The notes: generated by a model not told the origin, from the letters alone. DNA of 64,000 bases from an uncultured Actinomycetota bacterium (GCA_963788925.1 CAWBIH010000002.1:580478-644477), one strand, 5' to 3'. Shown: positions 9,074 through 18,600, counted from the stretch's first letter. Numbers and translations: made by a program.

Positions 9074-12040
9074 GTCGGGCTCTTCACGGAGATCGCAAGG
9101 TCGCCGACATCGAACAGCGGCCGGCCTTCGGGGAAGAGCGGGCAGAGCGACTGGAACTCGCAGAAGAAGCAATTGGCCTGGTAATTGGGTCGGTATGAGC
9201 CCGTCTCGTTGAGGCGTCCGAGCTCACCGACGAGGCCGGAAAGCTTCTCTCGCATCGCGTTCTGGTAGGCCTCTTCGCGATCGGTCGTGCCGACCGTCCA
9301 CTCCCTCGTCTCGAGCTCGCCGGTGCGCCAGTGGCCCTTGAGATAGGAGAGCTCGACGCCGGAGACCGGCTGGAATTCCTCCAGCTCCGCGGACTCGAGG
9401 ACGGCCAGGTAGTAGATCCCGAGCTGGAGGCTCTCGTTGGCCTTCGGCGCGCGATCGGGGTTGCCCGTCTTGTAGTCCGTGATGCGGCTACCGGGTGAAT
9501 CCCGCGGGGTCGGGACCGATGCGGTCGATGTATCCGACGATCTTCGCGTCGTCGTAGTCGAATTCGAATCCGCGCTCGGTGGCCGAGGCCGGGTGTGCGC
9601 CATAGCGCTCGAACCAGTTGGGGAGCATCCGACCTTTCGCGAGCGCGCGCCATGCTTCGGACACGGCCTTCGCGGGGAATTCCTGCGGGCGCCATCGCCG
9701 GTCGACTTCGGCGGCGAGCGCTTCGAGCGTCCGTGCGACCTCCCCCTTCTCGCAGTCTTCGATGATCCGATGGACGAGCGATCCGACCCAGGCCTGGTAT
9801 CCGACGGGCCGCCCGAGTCCGAGCTCAGAGCCGAGGACGAACTGGAGCTCGCAGTTGTCCAGCACGTCGAGCTTGGAGTAGGACGCGCGGAGGTGTTCAT
9901 GCAACGGACGTCCCGTCTCCGTCCAGTCGCGTTGGAACCACCAGCGCCGCGGATCCACGCCGAGGGTGACGAGCCCGTCCAGCGCCGCGAGTCGCTCGGC
10001 CGCGGGAACCGCCTGGTCCGCGAGCGTCCTTCGCCACACGGCCGCGGCCTCGCGGACGGAGATCGGCTCGGCGAGCCCCGGGTCCGGTACGGGAGACCAC
10101 TTGACCCCCAGCTCCTCGACGAACCGGGATCCGGTCGATGCCTCGTCGGCATGCGCGCGGCTGGCCATGAGGACGACGCGCTCCCGGGCACGACCCAGCA
10201 CCATCCGGAACAACCGCCGCTCGTCCTCCAGCCGGGCGCGGTTGCGGTCCGACTGGGAAACGAGACGGTCGAGCGCATCGAGGTCGAACATCGGCTCGGG
10301 CCGGGACAGGCTCGGGAAGTTGCCTTCCACGGTGCCGACGAAGATCACGGTGTGGAACTCACGGCCCGCGGCTCCGTGGGCCGTGAGGACCTGCACGGCG
10401 TCGGCTTCTCGGCGTTCCCACGCCGAGAAGCCCGGGCCGCGTTCCCCGGCGTCCACCGACGCGAGGAACGCCTCGACCGACGGATCGGCGGCTGAGCCCG
10501 CTTCCGCCACCGCGCTCGAGAAGGCGACGACGGAGTCGAGCTCGCGCCGCGACTCGACGGAGGCGTCGCCTCCGTCGACCAGGCGGCGCGAGCACGGCAG
10601 CTCGCGCCACAGGATGGCGAACGTGTCGAGGACCGAGCGGTCCGCCGCTTCCGCGGCACGATCGAGGACGCCTCGTACTTGCTCCACCTGTTCGGCTTCC
10701 TGCGCGGTCAAGCCGTCGGTGAACTCGAGTGCTCTCCCCACGGAGCCGGTCCGAGCGTGCGCGACGCGCAGGAGGCCGCGTGCCGCAGCGGGTGACAACC
10801 TGACCAGATCCGACGTCAGCACCGATTCGATGAGGCCGTTCCGCTCGTCCTCCTTCGCTGCGAGGAATCGCAGTGCGAGGACGAACGGCCTCGTCGCGGG
10901 TTCCTGGGCGAGTGAGACGCCGGTCTCGGGGGCCGTCCTGGGCACACGTGTGTCGTCGAGCGCGCGGAGCAGGCCTCCCACATGGGCACCTTGGCGTCGG
11001 ACGACCACGGCCAGGTCTCCCCAGGCGACGCCGTCGTCCACATGGAGTCGGCGCAGCTCGCGCGCGATGGCCGCGTACTCCTCCGATGTGTGGGACGCGC
11101 TCCACGCGTCGATGCGGATCGCCTGGGGAGCTCGGTGCGGGGTGCTCAGCTCGATATGCACCGCCCCCTGGAACACCTCGGTGAACCGAAGCGACGGCAC
11201 GGCCGTCGTGCCCTGGAACGAGAACACGTGGGCCTCGGGATCGGCGGCGACCACCAGATCGTGCACACGGAGCGACGACACCAGCGCCTCCTGCGCGAAC
11301 GTCGCATCGTGGTAGTCGTCCACGAGCAGGTGGTCGAGGAGCGGAGCACCCGACGCCGCTGCCGTCTCGGCCCGGCCGATCAGGGCCGCGAAGTCCACGC
11401 GCCGGTCGGCATCCAAGACGTCGAGATACGTCCGATAGAAGGTCGCGAGCTCGTGCCAACCGGTGAGCCCCCGAGCGTCCGCCCTCGACCCGATCTCCTC
11501 CGGGGTGAGACGAGCCTCCTGCGCTCGAAGCAGGAACTGACGGATCTGATCGGCGAACCCACGGAGGGTGAGGAGGTGCCCGTATGCGGGCCACTCCGCC
11601 GGATCTTGCCCCTGGAGCAGATCCTGCACGAGCGCGAACTGGTCGGCGGCCGACAGCACCTCGGGAGGTTCGGCGTATCCGAGGGCGGAGAAGCGTTCGC
11701 GAAGGATCAGATGCCCCAGGCCGTGGAAGGTCAAGACCTGAAGACTGGAAAGCGACGAGGGCAGCCGCGCGATGAGCGCGTCGCGCGCGGTCTGCCGCGC
11801 GCGACGCGACCCCACCACGAGCGCCACCCGTTCGGGGTCCGCCCCGCTCTCTACGAGCCGCGCGAACCGTTCGCGAAGGACGGAGGACTTCCCGGTGCCT
11901 GCGGCACCGGTAACAAGGAGTGCGCCGTCCCCATGTGCGAGGACGGCCTCTTGCCGGGCATCGGGGGACAAGGGGGGGTTCACGGACCGGATGCTACCCC
12001 CAGTCGCCGACACCCCCGAGGTCGGGCCGAGGCGGGACAT
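9070..12040 (-). CDS. adnA: AdnA-like helicase-nuclease subunit, interrupted by an apparent frameshift near 9488-9500
   Basis: The UvrD-like motor (GAAGTGKSS...) reads in one frame to a stop at 9488. The RecB-type nuclease tail (ITDYKTGN...QLGIYYLA...CFFCEFQSLC) continues in another frame to 9070. The junction falls inside the ID.I/DYKTG motif. Alternative starts are GTG 12013 and GTG 11983. Confidence 0.65.
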
Positions 12041-13151
12041 TCCCCGCCTCGTCGGACACGGGCTGCCCCAGGATCCGCCGCTGATACCACCGGTCGATGT
12101 CCTTCGTCGTCAGGCGGCCGAGCAGGCGCTCGCCCTCCAGGACGAGCGCCTGCCCGCTCCCGGCGATCGATTCGAGGGCCCGATCGAGCGGCAGATCCGG
12201 CGGTACGGATCGTGCCTGCTCGAGCGGGGTCATGGCCTCTCGGACACCTCTCGTGGGGTCGCTCCCACCGATCCTCGCCGCCGTCGAGAAGGAGAGCGAG
12301 CCGATCACGCGTGCATATCCGTCGAGGACCGGGAACTCCGTCGAACGATCCGCACGCAGATGGGTTTCCAGGGCGTGAAGCAGGGTCGCGTCGGCGGAGA
12401 TCGGCGCCGGGGGAGGGCTCATCGCCTCCGAGACCCGTCCGCCGGACAGGGCTTCGAGCACGGGGACCTGTTTGGTCACCTGCAGGCCTTGGCTGATCAA
12501 CATCCATCCGATGAAGGCGAAGACGAGCCAGTCGCCGTTCTGCTCCCTCAGGTGCTGCAATCCCACGAGCCCGAGGGCGGCGCCGACGGCGACACCTCCC
12601 CACCCCGCGATCCGGAGAGCGACGAAACGGTTCCGCGTGATCCCCCAGACCACCGCCAGCAACATCCGCCCACCGTCGAGGGGGAACCCGGGGAGCGCGT
12701 TGAGTCCGGCGAAGAGAAGGCTGAGGGACGCGAGGTTGTCGAGGATCGCCGAGAGCACGCCATCGGTTGCCACGGCAGCGAGCCAGAACCCGCCCCCGAG
12801 AGCAAGCGTGGTCAGGGGACCTGCCGCCGAGATCAGGAACGAAGCGAGCGGTCCCCGTTCGGTCGAATGGGTCTCTGTGTAGCCACCCCAGAAGACGAGG
12901 GTGATGCCGCGCACCGACAGGTGAAAGGCGCGCGCCGTCGCTGCGTGCGCCAGCTCGTGCAGGACGATGCTCCCGTAGAACAGCGCGGCGTTGGCGAAGG
13001 ACCAGGCGACCGCCTGTTGCTCGGTGAGGGCGTGTGTACTCGCCAAGCCTCGGTATGTGGCGAAGACAACGAAAGCAGCGAAGAAGAGCCACGGGACCGT
13101 GACGTAGATCGGGATCCCGCCGATCGTGACCAGTTTCCAGCGCTTCTCCAC
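11994..13151 (-). CDS. Site-2 protease (M50) family zinc metalloprotease with C-terminal CBS pair
   Basis: GTG start at 13151. HELAHA (HExxH) and LDGG motifs in a polytopic membrane core. C-terminal CBS-like region. The long upstream ORF extension is out-of-frame overlap with DUF72. Confidence 0.75.
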   Translation of the reverse strand: MEKRWKLVTIGGIPIYVTVPWLFFAAFVVFATYRGLASTHALTEQQAVAWSFANAALFYGSIVLHELAHAATARAFHLSVRGITLVFWGGYTETHSTERGPLASFLISAAGPLTTLALGGGFWLAAVATDGVLSAILDNLASLSLLFAGLNALPGFPLDGGRMLLAVVWGITRNRFVALRIAGWGGVAVGAALGLVGLQHLREQNGDWLVFAFIGWMLISQGLQVTKQVPVLEALSGGRVSEAMSPPPAPISADATLLHALETHLRADRSTEFPVLDGYARVIGSLSFSTAARIGGSDPTRGVREAMTPLEQARSVPPDLPLDRALESIAGSGQALVLEGERLLGRLTTKDIDRWYQRRILGQPVSDEAGNVPPRPDLGGVGDWG

Positions 13152-13177
13152 GTTCGGGAGCCTACCGAGCGACTGCG

Positions 13178-14095
13178 CTACTCCGGCAGGTCCAGATGGA
13201 GCATCGCCCCGAGATCCCTCGCGTTGCGCACCGCGAAGTCGCGGTAGCAGTTGTTCATCAAGATGTGCGTCTCGCGCGTCTCTTCCGCGAGACCCTCGAT
13301 CTTCGGCACCCACTCCTGCAGCTCGTTCTTCTCGTAGTCGTACCGGAAGCGTTCGCTGGCGCTCTCGCTCTTCGTCTGCCACGCCTTCGGATCCCGTCCA
13401 TGGAAGCGCACCATCGCAACGTCGTCCGCGGTCGCCGCGGCGATCGGCGGCATCGAGGAATCGAATCCCTGGGGCATATCCACGCAGACCAGCGGCAGGT
13501 TCCGTTCCTTCAGGAAGGAGAGCGTCTCCTCGACATTGCGTTCCTCGAGCCAGGACTTGTGCCGGAACTCCACCGCGATCCGGTAGTCGGGCAAGCGCTC
13601 GACGGCCTCCTCGATGTAGGCCTTGTTCTTCCGCGAGATCGTGAAGTACTGCGGGAACTGGAACAGGATCGCTCCGAGTTTCCCGGCGGAATGCAGTGGA
13701 TAGAGCGCGAGGCGGAACCGCTCCCAAACCTCCTCGACCGCTTCGTCCGGGAGCTTGTCTCGGTAGAGACGTCGCTTCTCGAGGAGTTCCTTCGGGAGCT
13801 CCTCCCTGATGTCGCCGTAGAGGGATTCGGGCTTCGTCGGGTGGTTCGTGAGAAGCGAGTACGCCTTGATGTTGAAGGTGAAGTCGGAAGGAGTGCGCTC
13901 GATCCAGAGCTCGGCGTTCCGCTCGGACGGAGGGAAGTAGTAGGTCGAGTCCACCTCGACCAGCGGGAACTTCGAGGCGTAGAACTTCAGTCGCCCCTCG
14001 GCGGTCTTGGTCCCGGGCGGGTAGAAGTTGCCGTCCTTGATCAGCGTGGGATCGGTCCAAGAGGAGGTGCCGATCAGGATCGAACCCGGACTCAC
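13178..14095 (-). CDS. DUF72 (YecE/UPF0759) family protein
   Basis: 305-aa ORF with the typical DUF72 N-terminus (IGTSSWTDPTLIKDGNFYP). Start overlaps the stop of the upstream gene. Confidence 0.8.
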   Translation of the reverse strand: MSPGSILIGTSSWTDPTLIKDGNFYPPGTKTAEGRLKFYASKFPLVEVDSTYYFPPSERNAELWIERTPSDFTFNIKAYSLLTNHPTKPESLYGDIREELPKELLEKRRLYRDKLPDEAVEEVWERFRLALYPLHSAGKLGAILFQFPQYFTISRKNKAYIEEAVERLPDYRIAVEFRHKSWLEERNVEETLSFLKERNLPLVCVDMPQGFDSSMPPIAAATADDVAMVRFHGRDPKAWQTKSESASERFRYDYEKNELQEWVPKIEGLAEETRETHILMNNCYRDFAVRNARDLGAMLHLDLPE

Positions 14096-14532
14096 GAAGG
14101 CGTGCCTTCCCCTCCGCCTTCCTCCTCCGCCTTCTTTCGGAGGATCGCATCCTTCGCCTGGTTCGCCTTCTCCTTGGCGATCCTGAGCAGGCGCTGAGCC
14201 CAGACGTATTCGGTACCGAGGATGGCGAGGCCGGCGAGGATCACGACGATGCCCGGACCGGGAAGGATGAGCATGGCGACGCCGGCAAGGAGCACGGCGA
14301 AGCCGGCGATCGTGACGGCAACCCTCTTCCCGTTGCGGCCTACGAAGCGGGCCAAGATCTTGAACGGGACGAAGGTCGGGTGGTCATGCCATCGACGGGC
14401 CAGCTCCGGTCGCGTCGTCTCTATCTCTTCGACGAGCTCTGAGGCATCGACCTCCTGGGGTTCGTCCCCCCAGACCTCGTCTCGGAAGGGGGATCGGCGC
14501 CTCTTCGGGTCCTCTTCGGGTTCAGCCTTCAT
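14092..14532 (-). CDS. PGPGW-like small transmembrane protein
   Basis: 146 aa with two TM helices and an LPGPGI motif. Acidic N- and C-terminal tails. Confidence 0.55.
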   Translation of the reverse strand: MKAEPEEDPKRRRSPFRDEVWGDEPQEVDASELVEEIETTRPELARRWHDHPTFVPFKILARFVGRNGKRVAVTIAGFAVLLAGVAMLILPGPGIVVILAGLAILGTEYVWAQRLLRIAKEKANQAKDAILRKKAEEEGGGEGTPS

Positions 14533-14685
14533 GTCGGATCGAGTCTCGCACGGCGAGCCGACTCTGACTCACGGGGAAGTTTTGTCAGTCCTATTGCTCG
14601 GTGTCCAGCGGATGGGCTACAACATCGAGCGTTCACTGGCCGCGGTAGCCGGGAGACCGCAATAGCCCTCGGGAGGAGGGGGAAG

Positions 14686-16092
14686 ATGTCGGTCTCGATC
14701 CGTCACAAGAGGCGGAACCTCGATGCAGGGACTCACGAGCCACCACTGGCCAAGGTCTTTCTTTGGACCGTTAGCCTCCTAACTGCGATTGTGGCTGCCC
14801 CAGGTGCTTTGCGTCTCGCAGGTAATGATGCCGAGCTCCTTCAGCTGGCGTTGTGGGCTGGCACCGTGGCGTCCGTCGATCTTGTTCCGGTTCGCGTGTG
14901 GGGTTCCGTGAGCGTCAGCATGTCCTTTCCTGTGACCTTGGCGGCCGGCATGATCTTTCTTCCAACCGAAGCGGCATTAGTCGCGTTCATTGGCTCCTTC
15001 GATCCGCGAGAACTGAGGGGCAGCGTTTCATTGGCGAAGTCGATATTCAATCGGAGCCAAGTGGCGGCAAGCGTTATGGCCGGATCTGCGCTCTTCCACA
15101 TGTTGGATGGCGCGATTCTCGATTGGCCCAGCGTCATTCTTCCTGGGACAGCTGCACTTCTAGTGGACGCCGGCAGCAACTTCATACTTGTAGCTTCCGC
15201 CGTCTCGATCGAGGATCGATTGACGCCGAGGGGGGTCTTGCTGAGGATGTTCGGCGCGTCGCCCTCGCATTACCTTGCCGGCTACCTGCTTCTTGGTCTC
15301 CTTGCTCTGCCACTTGCTGCCGCAGTTGCCGTTGGAGGAGTGTGGGCGCTCCTGTTGTTCCTCGCCCCCCTTGTCCTCGCCCGGGAGATGTTCCGTCAGA
15401 CTCAGCAGGTCCTCAACGCAACCGAGCGCCTTCGTCAAAAGGATGTCGCGCTACGCGGTGCCGCGGGAGAGATGGCGCGTGAACGGAAGGATGAACGGCT
15501 TGCTCTTGCCGGTGAGCTGCACGATGAGGTTCTTCCGTCTCTCTTCAAGGTTCACTTAATGGGGCAGGTTCTCAAGCAAGACCTAGCCGCCGGAAGGCTG
15601 TTGGAGCTGGATGACGATCTCCCTGAGCTTCTCCTCGCAACCGACGCCGCGCAGCGAGCGATCCGAGATCTCTTGGGCGATCTTCGTCGGTCACCGCTTG
15701 GAGCTGCCGGGCTGATTCCTACTGTTCGCATGTTGGTCGACCAGCTATCAGCCGCGGGGGCACCTCCCGTCACGATCGATGAAGAAGAGTTCGAGAGTTC
15801 TCCTCTTGCTCAGTTGCTCGCATACCAGGTGATTCGCGAGGCTCTCCACAACGCTGCGAAGCATGCCCAGGCTTCACGAATCGACGTGCGACTTTGGGGG
15901 GACGAAACCATGGTTCGCGTTAGCGTCACGGATGATGGATCTGGGTTCGACTGGTTCGGGGTAGATGGCAACAGACATTTCGGTCTGCAGATAATGAAGG
16001 AAAGGATTGAGGCGGCCGGCGGGGCGATGCTTATCGATTCGAGACTGGGGTTGGGCACTACGGTGGCGGCAAGCGTTCCTAGGAATTCGTAG
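14686..16092 (+). CDS. Sensor histidine kinase (polytopic N-terminal membrane sensor + HisKA_3 + HATPase_c), no cognate response regulator nearby
   Basis: Strong SD GGGAGGAGGGGG upstream. H-box ELHDEVLPSL. N/G boxes EALHNAAKHA, DDGSGFD, GLQIMKERIE. Markedly lower GC and GC3 than flanking genes. Confidence 0.8.
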   Translation: MSVSIRHKRRNLDAGTHEPPLAKVFLWTVSLLTAIVAAPGALRLAGNDAELLQLALWAGTVASVDLVPVRVWGSVSVSMSFPVTLAAGMIFLPTEAALVAFIGSFDPRELRGSVSLAKSIFNRSQVAASVMAGSALFHMLDGAILDWPSVILPGTAALLVDAGSNFILVASAVSIEDRLTPRGVLLRMFGASPSHYLAGYLLLGLLALPLAAAVAVGGVWALLLFLAPLVLAREMFRQTQQVLNATERLRQKDVALRGAAGEMARERKDERLALAGELHDEVLPSLFKVHLMGQVLKQDLAAGRLLELDDDLPELLLATDAAQRAIRDLLGDLRRSPLGAAGLIPTVRMLVDQLSAAGAPPVTIDEEEFESSPLAQLLAYQVIREALHNAAKHAQASRIDVRLWGDETMVRVSVTDDGSGFDWFGVDGNRHFGLQIMKERIEAAGGAMLIDSRLGLGTTVAASVPRNS

Positions 16093-16103
16093 TTCGCAAC
16101 TGG

Positions 16104-16131
16104 AAGGGGGACCCTCTTCAGGGCCCCCCTT
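16104..16131. terminator. GC-rich hairpin (AAGGGGGACCC-tcttca-GGGCCCCCCTT), possible bidirectional terminator
   Basis: Stem of 7 plus 3 bp starting 12 nt after the HK1 stop. Also lies 3' of the small minus-strand ORF. The U-tract is weak. Confidence 0.4.
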
Positions 16132-16157
16132 GGTTCAATCTCTGATGTTCGGTCTGT

Positions 16158-16241
16158 CTAGCCGCGCCAGTGGGCGCCGCCGGCCAGAGCGACAGCCAGC
16201 AGAGAGCCGAGCGCGATTGCGATCCGTCGCACGACCTTCAT
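16158..16241 (-). CDS. Candidate 27-aa small ORF (signal-peptide-like: MKVVRRIAIALGSLLAVALAGGAHWRG)
   Basis: ATG 16241-16239 with GAGAGGGGGA SD 5 nt upstream. TAG stop 16160-16158. Lies between the two HK genes. Not in the ORF track because it is under 60 aa. Confidence 0.2.
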   Translation of the reverse strand: MKVVRRIAIALGSLLAVALAGGAHWRG

Positions 16242-16380
16242 GCCGATCCCCCTCTCGTGTCACGGGCCCAACAAGGCAGTCCCGCTTATGACCTATCCAG
16301 ACCCCCCATTTGGGGGACTCCAGAAGTGAATATCGATGGCAAACGGGGGATAGGCAAGGACGCCGATGCAGCTACGAAGG

Positions 16381-16419
16381 ATGCTGTAGGGGTCATGTAC
16401 GACGCATGCTGTAGGGGTC
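16381..16419 (+). promoter_or_regulatory. Direct repeat ATGCTGTAGGGGTC x2 (11-nt spacer) upstream of HK2
   Basis: Exact 14-nt repeat at 16381-16394 and 16406-16419, 51-89 nt upstream of the HK2 start. Confidence 0.35.
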
Positions 16420-16469
16420 TTTTCGGCTGAACTTTGGGCTGCTTGCGCTTCTGGCTCTGACCGCCAAGA

Positions 16470-18002
16470 TTGACGTCCATGAAGGCGAATCCGGCAAAGG
16501 TAGATCGACGCAAGGTAATCGCCTTCGAACTCCTTGTAGCCGTTCCCACCCTCGTGGGAGGAGGAATCCTCATTGCCCACGGCCCCATTGCGTTCCACCG
16601 TTACTGGGGCGAGCTCATCTTCTGGGCAGCTCTCATCGGATTGGTGGAGTTACTCCCAGTTCCAGCCTGGCGGGGGCTGACAATCAGTGTCGGCTTTCCT
16701 CTTCTGATGGTCGTGGCGTTCCTCTACGAGCCAGCCGCGGCAGCGGCCGTGGCTTTCGTCGGTGCGTCGGATCCCAGAGAGTTCAGACGTGAAGTGACGC
16801 TCCTCCGGGCGTTGTTCAATCGATGCCAGGTCGCTCTTTCGGTTCTTGCGGCGAGCGCCTTCTTCCACGGACTAACGGGCTTCGGTAGGGAAACGGCCAC
16901 CGGACCATGGGCGGTCCTTTTGCTCGCGGCCGCAGGAGCTTCTTTGGTTGACTACGCAGTGAATAGCGGGCTCGTTGCCACATTCGTCAGTCTTCGAACG
17001 GGTGTGCCCATCCGGCAGGTGGCCAAGGAACTGCGAATTGGGCGCCTGAGTGAATTCCTGTTGAGCTACTTCGGACTCGGTCTGGTTGGGTTGAGTCTGG
17101 CAATCTTGTACAACAGTGTTGATGTGTGGGCGCTGCCAGCCATCCTTGCTCCGCTGCTGTTTGCGCGACAGATGTTCTTCCGATCGCAGGCGCTCGAGGA
17201 AGCTCACAAGGAACTTCAGGATCGCGAGCAGGTACTCCGTTCGCTCTCGAACGCGATGGCCGAGGAACGAGCCGACGAACGACTCCAGATCGCGGGGTAC
17301 CTGCATGACGACCTCGCCCAGGTGCTGTTCCGACTTTCCATCCAGGTCGACGTTGCGCGCAAGCTGCTGGAGAAGGGTCAGACGGAGGACGTGGCTACGC
17401 AGCTCGACAAGATCCGTATTTCGAAGCAAGAGACGTCGGACCGGATCCGCGCGCTCATCCGGGACCTGCACCGATCACCACTCGGTGCGAAGGGACTCGC
17501 GGAAGCTCTCGAGTCGTTCACCGAGGAGGTCGGCCGCGATTCCTCCATCCGTTTCCATCGCGACGTCGAGGACATCGAACTCCCCGCTCCGATCGCGTTG
17601 CTCGTGTACCACATCGCCCGCGAGGGCATGATGAACGCCCTGAAACACGCCCAACCACGAGACGTGTGGGTCGCGGTCCGCGAGGAAGACGACGACATCG
17701 TGCTCAGCCTGAAGGACAACGGGGTTGGCTTCGACACCGAAGCCCCCGGCCCAGAAGGTCACTTCGGCATGGCGATGATGCGTGAACGCGCGCAGGTCGG
17801 TGGCGGTCGCTTCGAGGTCGAAAGCGCACCCGGAGAGGGAGCGACGATCACGGTTCGGTTCCCGAAATCTCTCCTCCAGTCGGAGCCTTCGCTTGAGGCG
17901 TCAGACGGGAGAAGCGGCGGTCCGGCGGAAGGTGCTTCCCCCGATATCCCGGGAACAGTTGAGCCGGCGGCCGGCGATTCTCGCCCGACCGTCCGAGCAT
18001 GA
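16470..18002 (+). CDS. Sensor histidine kinase, paralog of the upstream HK (same membrane-sensor + HisKA_3 + HATPase_c architecture)
   Basis: H-box GYLHDDLAQVLF. N/G boxes EGMMNALKHA, DNGVGFD, GMAMMRERAQ. N-terminal membrane domain alignable with HK1 (…VAFVGASDPREFRREVTLLRALFNRCQVA… vs …VAFIGSFDPRELRGSVSLAKSIFNRSQVA…). TTG start. Confidence 0.8.
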   Translation: MTSMKANPAKVDRRKVIAFELLVAVPTLVGGGILIAHGPIAFHRYWGELIFWAALIGLVELLPVPAWRGLTISVGFPLLMVVAFLYEPAAAAAVAFVGASDPREFRREVTLLRALFNRCQVALSVLAASAFFHGLTGFGRETATGPWAVLLLAAAGASLVDYAVNSGLVATFVSLRTGVPIRQVAKELRIGRLSEFLLSYFGLGLVGLSLAILYNSVDVWALPAILAPLLFARQMFFRSQALEEAHKELQDREQVLRSLSNAMAEERADERLQIAGYLHDDLAQVLFRLSIQVDVARKLLEKGQTEDVATQLDKIRISKQETSDRIRALIRDLHRSPLGAKGLAEALESFTEEVGRDSSIRFHRDVEDIELPAPIALLVYHIAREGMMNALKHAQPRDVWVAVREEDDDIVLSLKDNGVGFDTEAPGPEGHFGMAMMRERAQVGGGRFEVESAPGEGATITVRFPKSLLQSEPSLEASDGRSGGPAEGASPDIPGTVEPAAGDSRPTVRA

Positions 18003-18546
18003 TCATGACGACGAGGACCGCGACGCCCGCGTAGAGGAGCACATCGCCGATCGAGATCACGGCGCCGACGGGCGGCGGGATCCCGATCACGTCCGCGAGC
18101 GCCGTCAACGTGTCGCCGGGACCCATGAGGTGGTGTTTCGCGGTGCCCGCGCCGATGAGACCCTCGGCGCCGGCACCCGCCGTTTCGAGGGCACTGGTGC
18201 CTACGGGCATCCCGCCGTTCACACCGATCACGAGGATGTTCAGCACCAATCCGGCCATCACGAGCCACGATGCCGGGAGCCGGCGGTTGACCCCTGCGAA
18301 CGCGAGCAAGAGCCCGTAGGAGCCGACGAGGGCTGCCCAGCCCGCCTGCTTGCCGATGCCGCTCGTGAGTGAGATCCCCTGGAGTGCGAGGCCGGCAAGG
18401 GCGATCCCCCACCAGTGCACCCTGAGACGGTCGAACGGTCGGAGGCTGCCGCCGGCGATGAACCCGACGCAGACGGCCAAGCCGATCACGATGAGGACCA
18501 ACATCACGTGGGGAAGTCTCCGACTCGGCGGCTGATCCGACAGCAT
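17848..18546 (-). CDS. Hypothetical polytopic membrane protein
   Basis: ATG at 18546. Five or six TM helices (VMLVLIVIGLAVCVGFIAGG...). The 3' end overlaps the HK2 3' end convergently by 155 nt. Confidence 0.5.
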   Translation of the reverse strand: MLSDQPPSRRLPHVMLVLIVIGLAVCVGFIAGGSLRPFDRLRVHWWGIALAGLALQGISLTSGIGKQAGWAALVGSYGLLLAFAGVNRRLPASWLVMAGLVLNILVIGVNGGMPVGTSALETAGAGAEGLIGAGTAKHHLMGPGDTLTALADVIGIPPPVGAVISIGDVLLYAGVAVLVVMIMLGRSGENRRPPAQLFPGYRGKHLPPDRRFSRLTPQAKAPTGGEISGTEP

Positions 18547-18600
18547 CGTTCCACGGCCCCCGGCGGGAGTCCAGCCTGGAGGTGGCGCTACCCTTGTCGC

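Noticed and set aside
6389-9184. 931-aa plus-strand ORF
   Set aside because: It is antisense to the adnB-like gene. Arg/Pro/Gly-rich, low-complexity translation typical of high-GC shadow ORFs. No domain signatures.
9966-11315. 449-aa plus-strand ORF
   Set aside because: It is antisense to the adnA-like helicase gene. Ser/Arg/Ala/Thr low-complexity translation.
16131-16145. tRNA-like GGTTCAATC motif after the HK1 hairpin
   Set aside because: No acceptor, D or anticodon arms can be built around it. The flanking stem is the terminator-like hairpin, not a T-arm.
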